Of a stretch of DNA of 61,498 nucleotides, positions 27,301 to 39,300 are shown in pieces (position 1 is the stretch's first letter; each line of letters begins with the position of its first letter). The notes beneath the pieces were generated by a model. That model did not search any database and had not been told where the DNA came from. It saw only the letters and a list, made by a program, of their open reading frames with translations. This DNA comes from Candidatus Omnitrophota bacterium (GTDB lineage Bacteria > Omnitrophota > Omnitrophia > Omnitrophales > Aquincolibacteriaceae): contig CAIOAT010000020.1 in the NCBI GenBank assembly GCA_903856085.1, forward strand, positions 1-61,498. The letters are read 5' to 3'. The position numbers and the translations under genes were made by a program.

Positions 27301-30300
27301 AGCATGACTTGCATTTCAAGGATACGGGCCCCTGTCACAGAAGGGCCGGGCGTTTTCTCTGAGATTTTTTTCGGAGTAGACGCTGTGATTCGAATATTTT
27401 CAAAAACTATTTGAGGACTCTCTGGCTGGAGCGTTACTTCTTTCCGTACAGGCTCCTGCTCCTTGGCCCGCAACTCGGAACGGGGCGTCGCTCGTCCTTC
27501 CTCCTTTAGCTGCACAGTTTGAGATTCAGAAAGAATGCCCGCTAACCTTAAGATGCGATTGGTAATGCGGATATACTTCGCGGCGCCTCCGGCTTCGGCG
27601 GGAACGTCGGAAAAAATAACAAGACCTTTGGGGTGAAATCGAAGGTCCTTTTTAGGACCTACCTGAACACCGATCTCGGCCACATTCATCGCAGGCCCAT
27701 CGTTACCGATGTCGTCAATTTGATCGCCTAAAAAGACGAAGTATTCGTTTGGCTTTAGAAATCGGGTTTGGATTTCGGCTAAGGCGCGGCCCTTGTTCGT
27801 CGTGGTGATATTCACTGCCGTTTTCCCTCCGACTTCGGCCTGAATATTGGGATCGGACAGCCGCCCCCGGATCTGTTTATTGATATCCTGCGCTATTTGT
27901 TTAAGAAATTTTACATTTAAACGGTCACTTTGAAATGTTCGCCTCGATTCCTGCGTCAGCAATCCAGGTACGTAAAAAGCAATCGAAACGTCATCATTCT
28001 CCTCAGACACGGGACGAATTTCGACCAGGCCGGGATAGGAATCCACTTCGTGGTGATAGCCAAGACCCTCCGAAAAAATACTTCTAAGCCCCTGCCTTTC
28101 GGCGGTGCTCTTGAGCACTTGGCGGAGGATCTGAAGATCTCCGGGTTTAATTCCAGCAATGAGTTGGTTGCGTTTAAAAATATCTTCCTGAGGATCGTAA
28201 ACAAAACTATTAATGCCGGTATTGGAAAGAGAAACGATATTCTTTGCAGCCTCTGTTTGGGGTCGTATATGTTGGCTTGCGTCACGAAAAACAAATCCGG
28301 TCGGCAGGAGAAACTTTTCAAAAAGCGTCGTTGAACGGTCTCCAGTGACCAAATAAAATTTCCCTAGAGCGAGCGCTTCCTGAAGCGCCTGCGCGACGTC
28401 TGGATAGATTGTATCGGACTTGGGAGTGAAAAGAGCCAGCGTTTCTTTAACGTCGCTCGCGAGTACGGGCGTTCTTCCCCCCAGCAAATTCTGAAAAAGT
28501 TTGTACTTGAAAAGAAACTCCGGCTCGGTGAGGCGCAGTTTTTGGATCTCCGCCTCAGACAAATCAAACAAGGACCGCAGAGACGTCAAGAGACTCTGAA
28601 ACGTTTCCGTTCGAATGCCCATTTTGAGGGCCTCCAACTGAGACGGACTTTGACCTTGAAGCAACCCTGACAATTCGTCAAGCAGCGTGACCGCGACCCT
28701 AACATCCCGAACGTTTTGGGCTTTCTTTGAAAAATCTTCGATCAAAGAGGACGGAAGATCCGGCGCCGGCTTCAACCCATCCCGAACCTCCGCACGGCCC
28801 GACGGAAACTGCGCGGGTGCATTATGTTCCAGGACAGAAGCCTCGTACTCATTCAGCGCATGGTTCCACGTCGCAAGGTAGTGGACATAAACAAATGGAT
28901 AGAAAAGCTTGGAAGCCTCTCTTAATCCTGAGTGAGTATAAATTCCTTGAGCAAGGGATTCACGTATGAAAGGCAAATGCTTGGCGTCAATACTATGGCC
29001 CTGGAGCTCTACATCGCGAACAGCCCGCCGGACAATTTTGCGCAATTCACCCCAAGCCGCCTCGGAATTCTGAAAACTATTTTTAATCCATTCCTCGATC
29101 CGAAATTCCCTTTTTAAGATGCTATTCCCGGTCAGTAATGGGATTTTTTCATTCAAGGCCATGATTTGATCATAATCTGTTCGGAATTCCTTTTTGAATC
29201 CGGCAAGCTGGCTTTGCCACACCGGAAGATCAACTTCCGGCTTTAAACGGAAGGCTTGGAGATCGGCCGCGGACTTGAGTGCCAACGGTTTCCACAAATG
29301 AAGTACACGACCTACGACTCGCCACCACGGCTCCTCGGTACGCGGTTCTTTCCGTCGATCCATAAACACCTTGGATGACATTTGATCAACACGCAGAACC
29401 AAAGGTTTACTTAAAATAGCGCCATTTCTCCGCCCAGTGATGCGTTGGATCAGAGTGACGAACCCCACGCCAAAGAACAGGGCTGGCAAACAAACAAAAA
29501 CAGCGAGAGGGATATCGCGTACCACGGGGATATCAGACAATTTACCGTTCGACTCCAAAACCAATCGCCCCGTCAAAAGCAAGGTTGAAGCGCTCATCAA
29601 AGTCATGGACGCTCTCATCGCAATCCCCAGCTTTCTCTCCCGCCCAAGCGGGATCTTCGCGTGCTTTTCTCCCCGCAACTCAGACCGAAAGTTTTCAGAA
29701 TTTTCTGCTGTTGTTGGGACTTTTTTTTCAGGGCGCGAAACAACGTGAACCGTATAAATCCGCTTCCCATGGATCTGTTGAAGGAGAATACTCGATATGC
29801 TCATGACACCCAAAAACAGGGCTGGTAAACCGACGAAAACAGCAAGTGGGATGTTGTTCATGATCGGAACATCAGTCAATTTTCCATTCAACCCCAGAAA
29901 CAACCTCCCCATCAAAAACAATATCGAAACATTCATCAACACCATGGCCACGCTTATCACGATCTCCAGCTTCCTCTCCCGACTGAGCGGAATTTTCTTG
30001 AGTTTCTCCAGTCGAAGATCGGAGCGAAATCCCGGCGTGTTGGTTTCAAGAAAGGCTTTGGAACCAAGATCTTGATTCTTCACGCGATGAGATGCCGAGA
30101 CTGCAAGAGACGGCGGAAAGGTAATTGTCGCCTGGCCTTCTCTCACTATGACAGAAGCCAATGATGTGATCTCAAAAAAATCGGACTGGCGGGCTTTTTG
30201 GAAGCCAAAACTTTCAAGGTGTTCTTTGACAGCTTCGCTCGCAGTAGCGCTCCCAAGATTCCAGATCACAGTCCTGACATCATTGTTCACATTGGCTTCA

Positions 30301-33300
30301 AAAGTAAGGACGAAATCATTCCCCACCTGTAAGAGCCTCGCCATCGGAGTATCGATTTGGATCGTCACATCCGGGCTGAGTCTCTCGACAAATGCGTTAA
30401 ATGCGAATTCGTCAGGGACAGTCAACAAATAACCGCTTGTGATCCCCGCAGGCACTGGCATGCTTCGGGACCCAAACGACATCGCCGACCGGACCTCAGA
30501 ACGCGGAGGACCTTCAATGCCTTGAGTTTTGAAATACTTCTCAAGAGCCCCGGCAATAACATCCGCGGTTCTCAAACGATCTGCGCTGTTAAAAGCCGTT
30601 ATGTTCGACTGCTTATCGAGCAATTCTTTTTCAAGAAATTCATAGATCTGCTGGTCATTCCACCCATGTTTACGCAACCGACTGTAAGCCGTCAAGATCG
30701 TCTGGCGAGAAGGTTCGCGACCTGAGAGCCAATTTTGTTTCAACACAAGATACGCTCTCAGATAAAAGGGCCTGAGCGTACTTAAAATTTCAGGAGATAT
30801 TTCATGCATCCCAAATGTTTCCAGACCTTGACGGAGATATTCGATAAAATCTGCGTTCTTTTGGTCAATGTAGGTCTGAAATTCTCCGGGTGTCCATTGT
30901 TGCTGCAGCATTTCGCTGAAAAGAGAATCTTTGACGCGCGGCGCCAGGATCCTGTCTCCTGCGTCAAGATCCTTCGCCAACGCCCTGATCTGATCCATTT
31001 GAGTTTCAGATTCGGAGGGCTGAGAATTAGATCGGAATTCGGATCGAATTTGAGAAGAAAAGTTCTTTGCTTTTTTAAGGATCAGTTCACGGGGCTCATC
31101 CATCATTTTTAGAAAATCAGCGTCAAGACGGAGGGTCAGTTGGTCCTGCGCACCGGATTTTCTCATCTCAACCTTAGCAGTCATGGACTGGGCACCATAC
31201 AATCTCTTATAAGCTGCCCTAGTCTCGGGATCAGGGACAACATTCCTTAAATTGGGAAGAAAGACATTCATAAAATCCGCGGATCTCGCAATAATGATCT
31301 CAACAGGTTCACGATACATAGCCCCCAACAATATGAGATCATCCCCTTCTTTGAATCCAAAGCTCTCCGGTAAAACGATTCGGCGACCTTTGGAGATCGC
31401 CACCCGAATCCGCTCTCCTTCATTCCGTTTTTGAAAAACGGGGATCGTTGTCTGTTCGCTACCGCGTAGCGTGCACCACTGATTTTCCTGAAGGACAGTG
31501 ACCGAGGGGATCGAATACGGAACCTGCTTCGACGGATCCGTCAGATTAGCCTCCCATTTTCCAGAAAAATCATCGGCTTTTTGACGAATATATTCGAAGA
31601 CCTTCTTTTTTTGTTCCGCACGAACAGCCGGATCATCGGAATAAGGAAGGGACATAATACGCCCGACCGTGACATGCCCTCGTTTCTCCCATCCCGTGAC
31701 TCTTTGGCCAAGCGCCACAACTGTTTTCTCGGAGACATTCTTCTGGAAATTCGAAAGACGCCCGCTCTCATCCCAGAGAAACGTCACAAAACCACCGTCG
31801 GCCGTGATCCCATAACCGGCCTGAAGGACTTTGAAAGGTGCCGCTTCGCGCTGAGCTTCCTCCCTAACGATCCCGCGAACCTTCGAACGCTGATCAGAAT
31901 CTAAGGGGGAGACTTTCTCATCGCTGAATTCATTGGAGTTCTGAAAGACATGGAGCGCGAGATGATACGCACTGTCTTCCGGAATCCAAAAACCGACCTT
32001 TCCACCATCCTTACCAAAAATACCGCGAAGCCCAGTCAAAAAATCCGAGAATTCTTTTTTCGCTTCTTGAATGATCCGTTCATTTGCAGAGATCGGGTGG
32101 ACCATGATGTAAAATCCGGGATCAAGAACACGGCCTTGGTATTTCCCGTCCCGGACTTCCAATCCCTTGAGAATCCTCGAAAGACCCTGAGGGTCCGGAT
32201 ATTCGGTGATCGTGGCGAGTTTCCCCTGGTAATTCGTTTTGAACGAGGTAACCGCATTGCTGACGGCCTGTTGCCGCATCTCGGCGCGGACATCGGCGGC
32301 TGATTTAATTTGAATTTCGTTTTCAGGGATCACTAACCGCATCGTAGTGCTGTAGCCAGAATAAGGTGACGGAGAAAGAATCTCCAATCGCCCGCCCCGC
32401 GCTTCCAGCAAAAGCTTTATCCACGGCAACGCGATTCCATATCCGGATTGCACGTTTTTATCCGAAACAACAGAAATCCATGTTCCACGATCCTCCACCG
32501 TCTTGATACCAACACCCTCATCGGACAATTCGATCCACAGAGAGCCCTCTCTTTTGGAAATCTTCAGTTGGATTTTCCCGTATTTGTTCGGCCCTTTCAA
32601 AGACTTCGCAGCATTTTTGACCAGCTCTGTGAGGACAAACTGAAAATCCCGTGTCTCAACTTCCTTCCGCATGTATTGCTTTTGTTCGTCGACCACCGGA
32701 GGTTCAAATCTCCCATCGACCCGGCCCCATTGTCTTACAACATTCTCGCGCAGCCGCACTAAGGACTCGGGAATACCCTGCGGAAATTCATGGGTCCAAT
32801 TCAAAGATAAGCGCTGCCCCTTGCCGTCGTTCAAAAGATCATTCGAGACTTTCTGCAAGAATTTACCTTGCTCGGCAGAAGAAGCGTGGAAATCGGACGC
32901 ACTCTCGCGAGTGAAGACAAATTCCCTCTCATGAATTTTCCCCGCCGGACCCACTGCTAACCGCGCCTCAGAACGAGGCTCACCTGTTTTTTTGCCGCCT
33001 TGATCTGGAACGATAATTACTTCGTGTCTGCTGAATGATGCTGTTAATTCCGTAAGCCAGTCCTTAAAACGCCCCTCACGACCCGCGATTTCATCTTTCG
33101 AGGGAACAACTGTCACTAATTCGGGAACTTCCCTCAGGCGGGCATTCAACCGCGCCGCGGCCTCCACCACGTCCTGGTTTACAGGAACAGGCGTGATAAA
33201 ATCACCCCGGGGCGGAACATAATCCCAAAGCTTGATCAATTCCGTGACAAGATAAGCCGCAACTCGAACCGCTTCTTCTGTCGCAAGCTCACGGATCGGT

Positions 33301-36300
33301 TTTCCCTTGGCCGGCCACTGGATGATCCGGCGGATCCCGAGATCCTTCAGGCTTTTCCCTTGCGCGAACTCCTCCGGCGTCAATAATTGTTTCCTGAAAA
33401 CGGCAGTAACTCTCAGAGGATCCACATCGACGATCAGAAGATTCTCAGGCCTTATCTTTTTTTCATCCATCAAACTTCTGGTCCCCTGGGCGATCTCGCC
33501 GGTATGCGTGTATTTTTCGACCACGTAATCCGGCTCAACACCGCGCATGCTCATATGAAGCGCATGATATTTTGCTTCGGTCATGCGCTTTCCGAATTCA
33601 TCCCAAAACCATCCGACGCGGTGTTGGCTTGGCAATTCGCCGTATTTCCCCGCCACGAGGATTTGAAGATCCGGGTTGCGTTTGCGGATCATATTCGCGA
33701 TACGCACGGCCTCGAGAGAACTTTCGTCAAATTTTGAACTTGGAACCACAAGAAGCACGCGTCCGTGGCTTGTCAATTCGAGTAAATCGTCCGGACTCAG
33801 AGGATGCCACATATTGTCCTCGTAATAACCCGCCTGATTCTGGAACTCAAAAACGGTCTCGGCATCTTTCAAGAAGTCTTCCCACCACACCGGTTTCCAT
33901 CCCCGAGCCTCGGAACGTACATTCAACCGCTGTAAGATCGGTAGAAGTCCGGACTCGATTTTTATGAACGGTTCACGAAAATCACTGAATTTTTTCTGGA
34001 TAGCCGCCTTAACGCTGGGATCGACACTTTCCCCAAGAAATTTCTCCATGACATTTCGGGCCATGGTGATCCGGTCCGGAAAGTCTTTGAATTTTTCAGG
34101 ATTTTTTATAACCGCTTCTGACAATCCCCTCAATGTGATCCCGCTCTTAAACGTCTTGTCCGGCTCCGCAAAACGCTCGACCGTCCAATGGATCATAGAT
34201 AAGTCTCGGGCGATTTGATCAAGATATTCTCTTTTTACAACACCTTCTCGATCGAAGGTATCCCGGGCGACGACAAATGCTGCGTAAAGTCTTGCTCCTG
34301 GATCCGCAAGAATGGGCGTGTTTTTGAGATCATTCAGTACGGGTTGGATGCCGCTCTCGTGAAACAGCGTGACAAATTGTGTCACTAATCGCTCGCCTTC
34401 AACCCAATCATTTTTAACGGAAGCATCCGCTCCTCGTTTTCCGTTCTCCACACCGGAAATATCCTTCGTTACGATCCAGCGAGAAAGCATGGCATTAAGC
34501 ATCGCAAAAAGCGCATGCGTTCCGGACACGGCCATGCCGCCGGCCGGGTCTTTCATCCATGCCAAGCCCATGATCACGGTCATGACAAGGGCGATGATCG
34601 GATACATATCCAGGTAACTTTTCACCGCTTTGGAATGCCGGTAAGGCCGTGTCAAGGCGTCTTTCTCCATCTCGCCAAGCACAACTTTCGTAACCACCTG
34701 CATAGGGCCATGAACGAGCGCGGTGACAATTGTAAGATCGAAGGCGAGCTTGAGGATCGCAGTCGAAAACGACGCGGCCAGTGACGGTGAAAAGAAATGT
34801 AAAAGAAACGGAAAATGAAGAGCCACGGGGATCGTCGCCCCAAGAAACGGGTAAAAGATCGCGTAAAAAAAGAAACCAAGCACAAGCCCGTCACCCATGG
34901 CCCAACGAAGCCCCGTCGACAACGGTGTTTTCTTGGCAGCCTCCGTATGTTTGAGTACCTTTCCTTCGATCAGGACATAAAAGAAGATCCCGCTGAAGAT
35001 ACCCGCGGCTCGCATGCCAATCTTGAGAACCACATCACCAAGATTGCCCAGAGATGAGAACGCAAGGATCGTGACAAAATGCGGCAAGAACACGTGAAAG
35101 AAAAGAGCCAATGCCGCGATCCCCACGGCGGCAACACCCACAGCTTTCCAAGGGGCTTTCACGTTCCGTAATTGATACAACAACATCGTGATAAGCGTAC
35201 CTTCCACGCCAATAAGCAGGTATTGCCCGATAACCGATCCGACCAGCAGCGGATTCATTGCAAGCAAGATCACATCGATCCCGAGGACTCCCCACCCCAT
35301 GATCTTGGCAGCCTTGAACCCGAACTCCGCGGTCTTTTTGATCAAACCTTTCAGATCCCGTACCTCGGAGCGGCGCGGCTGGGCCTTAGCCCATGCAAGG
35401 ACAAGTCCGGCGACGTTCTGATAAGCTTCCGCTTGTGATTCCCGAAATTGAAGTCCATTTTTTAAAGTATATTCTTCCGCCGCTTCGTTTCCTACGATAG
35501 CGCCGTGGAAGCGTCCCGAAAGAAAGAGGATATTTGTGCGCTCTGGGTAATTTTTCAGCTGACGATTTAATCGAAGCCTTCCAATGTCATTGATCACCTT
35601 GTTCATCTTAAGTTGGATGTCATAAGCTTTCCTCGTCCAATCGCGGGCAGATTCGCCGCCCTGATAAACTGTTCTGGCGTTCGAAGTTACATCACGAATC
35701 ATCTGCTTACGATCCGATTTGCTTTCCTCTGCCTGCAGATCAATTGCAATAGTAACGAGCCGATAAAGTTCATCTTCTGTCATATAAGGATTCAAACGTA
35801 TCTGGTCAAAAATATTCCGGTAAATATATGCCCTGTTGATTTCAGAAAGAGAAATCCCATATTGATTCGCCATCTCCTTAGAGACTGCGGGATCAAACTG
35901 AGAAGGAACGGGGTCCATGAAAGGTATGTCACCGAGCTCTGCGAGTTTCAAAGCAGCATCGGTTTCAGGATAAGAGGGCGTACCATCCGAGTGCAAAGGC
36001 TCGACAAAAATGAGCCATTTCTCCGATTGATTTAGAATTGCTTCGGCATAACGGTCTATGGCTTCAATGTTTTTTAAAGACCAATGCGGTCCCGAAATAG
36101 CTACACGATGTTTTCCATTCCACATTCCATCCAGCACGATCGCCGGTGCGTAAAGCCCTCCAGAATAGGGGCTGCTCGCTTGCGACTCACCTCTTAAGAC
36201 TTGTAAATGATTCCGGAAAAGAGCGATATTTTTCGCGGCGGTTTGAACGACATTTTTCGCATGTTCCCTCTCTGTTTTCTGCTGTTTTAGCCTCACCTCG

Positions 36301-39300
36301 GAACGAATGCCCGGTTCAACCTCGCCGGCGAGCAATTCGGGCCGCAAGGAATCCGGCATCGCGTCTGCAGAGCCACTTTGTGACAGGGCCTCAGACCAAG
36401 GACGCGACGGACGGGCTTCCCGGAAATAATGCCGAAAGGCTCCGACAAATTCTTCAGCGTGATGCCTTTCCATCCAAAATTCCGAAAATATTTCGAATGC
36501 TTTGATGACAACTTGTTTTTCGAATCCAGGCGGGACATTCTCCGACGCCATCCGAGCCAAGGAATCTTCCACAGCATTCAGGAACCCGCCCAAATTGAAC
36601 GCGCGTCCCGTGCGGAGCAATTGATGGATTGATTCCTTGAGTTCTGGTGATAGCACCACAGCCTCGATACCGATATCACGAAGATCGGTAAACACCGCTT
36701 CCGCGGGATAAAGACTTATCTTGCGATGCTCTCCTTCTCCCAGCTGATGCATAATGAGTTCGCCCGCCCACTCCCCAGGCATCCCGGTTCGATCGACCAT
36801 CCGCCGAACCGTATCGTGCAACAATTTCCACTCCTCGAAAAAAAGCGTCGGCTTACGCGTCTCCTCAATTTCTTTCGGTTCTTCTTCTGTTCCGTCATCA
36901 AGAAAGTGGTCCAGCGAAGCGGAATCTAGAACCCCCAGCTTCTTGAAATATTCAAATCGTTCCATCATTTCAACCGTATGGTCAAACAGAACCGGTTCCC
37001 TATTGTTCTTCACCCATTGCGCTAAAGCAGTCCAGGCAACCCGTTTAAGGCCCAATTGTTCAAACGCCGAAGGAAGCGCTTCATAACTAGGCCTTTCTAG
37101 AGGACGGTTCCGGATAAGCCAATAGACTGCTTTCTGAAGATCCTGGCGCCGCCTGTCACCGAAACCGGTCATTACGGTGGCACCAAGCTCTGCTAGTTGC
37201 TCGCCCCCGACACGGCCGACCTGCGCAATCGTTAATCCGAGTACTCCGGATAATTGGGCGGCAGTCGCCCCGGGATTTTTTTGAAGCGCGTCCCTGAGTA
37301 AATCGGTCCTTTGCTCCCGGAGCTTCTCTGACAGAGTCTGCAGGTCATAGAACACGGTCCCGAGCCCCTCGAGGACCTTGCGACCCAGCTTCTTGATCGA
37401 ACTCTGACCCATGCCCGTCAGCTCCGCGAGGCTCTTTATATTAATCTCCTCACCCGCTTCTTTCAGAATTTCTGCTGCCCCCGAGACGATCTCAAAGTTG
37501 TTTTCGCGGCGCTGAGCGCCAGCTCCCGGCAGAAGACCCGCCCGCTTCAAGGGCATCTTGAAATGGCGGAGCGCGACAGGCAAAGCCTCCTCACCAAACC
37601 CCGGATCCACCAAACGCACAACACCTATGACCTGGCGAACCGTCAATAGCGCGTTAGGTCCTGAACCCAGGAACGCACGAGATAAATCGATCAACTTTAA
37701 CCAATCCGCGAGTGTTTTCCGTTTGATCGTTAAGACATGACGCAATTGAGTTTTGATCTTTCCTTCTGCAAGCAAATTCGTTAACTGGCTAAACGGAGCC
37801 GCAAGAATTCTGACAAGATCTGTTCTCGCCCTGTGAAGTTCGGCATCCTGCATCTCAAATCGCAACTCCGAGCGCTGTAACTGTCCGGCAACTTCCTCCC
37901 TTTCTTCCAGAAGGGGTGTGGATTCTTCATCATCAAACGAGGGTGTTTTGGGAAGATCGTCCAAAGCGGACAAAACAAGCTGATGGGAGGCCTTTGTGCG
38001 CTCCACCAACGCTTCCAATCGACGGATCATTCCGGTATTAGCGCGCATACTCGGGATCATGGATGGCAGCCAGCGACCGAGAATTTTCAGGTCGTTACTT
38101 TCCGGTGATAAGCCCTGTCCGGACCGGTTGCCGTCACTCTTCAGCACTTTTAGTAACAAGGACGATAATTGCTCAAATCCCGCGACCCATGCTCGGATAT
38201 CCGCAACGCAACGCGGAACGGCATAACCTTCCACTGCCATTCTTTCATAAGCAGCCCGGAGAGCGACCGTATTGAACTGTTCCACTGCATCGGCAAGAAA
38301 GTCGATGCATTTTTCTAGATTATACGCCGTATAAAAACTGCCCCAATCCTTCTTGTTCCTCTCCAGAATGTCCCAACCCTCTTTCCAGACTCCTGTTGCA
38401 AGACGGGTTTTTAATCGAGCCATAAACCTATCACCAAAAACTCTGCGAGGCGACATCCCTTGTTCAGCGGTTTCACCCGGCATCCGGTCCACCTCTGCAA
38501 ACAAAGTCGCCACCATCCCCTGCTCCCTCCGCTCGAACTCAAGTCGAACCGGAACATTCATCAACGCAAGCTTCGAAAAACTCTCCAGGCCTTTACCGTA
38601 ATTTTCTTTCAAATGGAGTGCACTCCTCCAATAAAAATCTTGCAACAAAAGGAGACTGAGCTCTGAATTCCGGGCCAATCGCGTCCACTGTTCTTCCGTC
38701 ACTCGCCCCTGGCGGACGACGACCCGCAGAAGAGTCGGGCCCTCCGGTATCTGCATTACTCGAGCTTCTACCTTGGCATCGCTCCCACCCGGTTGCCGTT
38801 CTGAGGCATTCCTGACAACCTCACCCACCAAAACCCCAAGAAGATTTGCAGAGCCCTCATCATCCATAAGCGCTATAAAATTCTTCTCACGACCCGCCCA
38901 ATATTCCTCAAATTTTCTGCCCGAGATTGTTTCATTAAGAAGCACTTTTTCTACAGCGTCGAATCCATGACTCTGAAAGACCCCGGGATCACTTTGCCCA
39001 TTAAAAATGATCTTATTTTCCGCCGCCCGCGACTCCGACCGAGGCCCGCCGCTTTTCTGTGAACGAATGGATGGCTTGGAACGCAGAGCCGTATTTTCCT
39101 TCCTCAGTCTCGTCAATTCCTCATCAAAAGTTTCTTTTCCCTCTAAAACTTTGGAAACCATTTTTGGGGACGAAAGAACCGCCGCTGGCTTTGAAACTCT
39201 CTGGCTTTTTTCACCCATCGTTTTCCCCTTTGAGGCAGCGTTCCTTAATTCGTCGTTCGCTCTCTGTAAGTCAGCGATTTCAGCATCGAGATCGACTATT

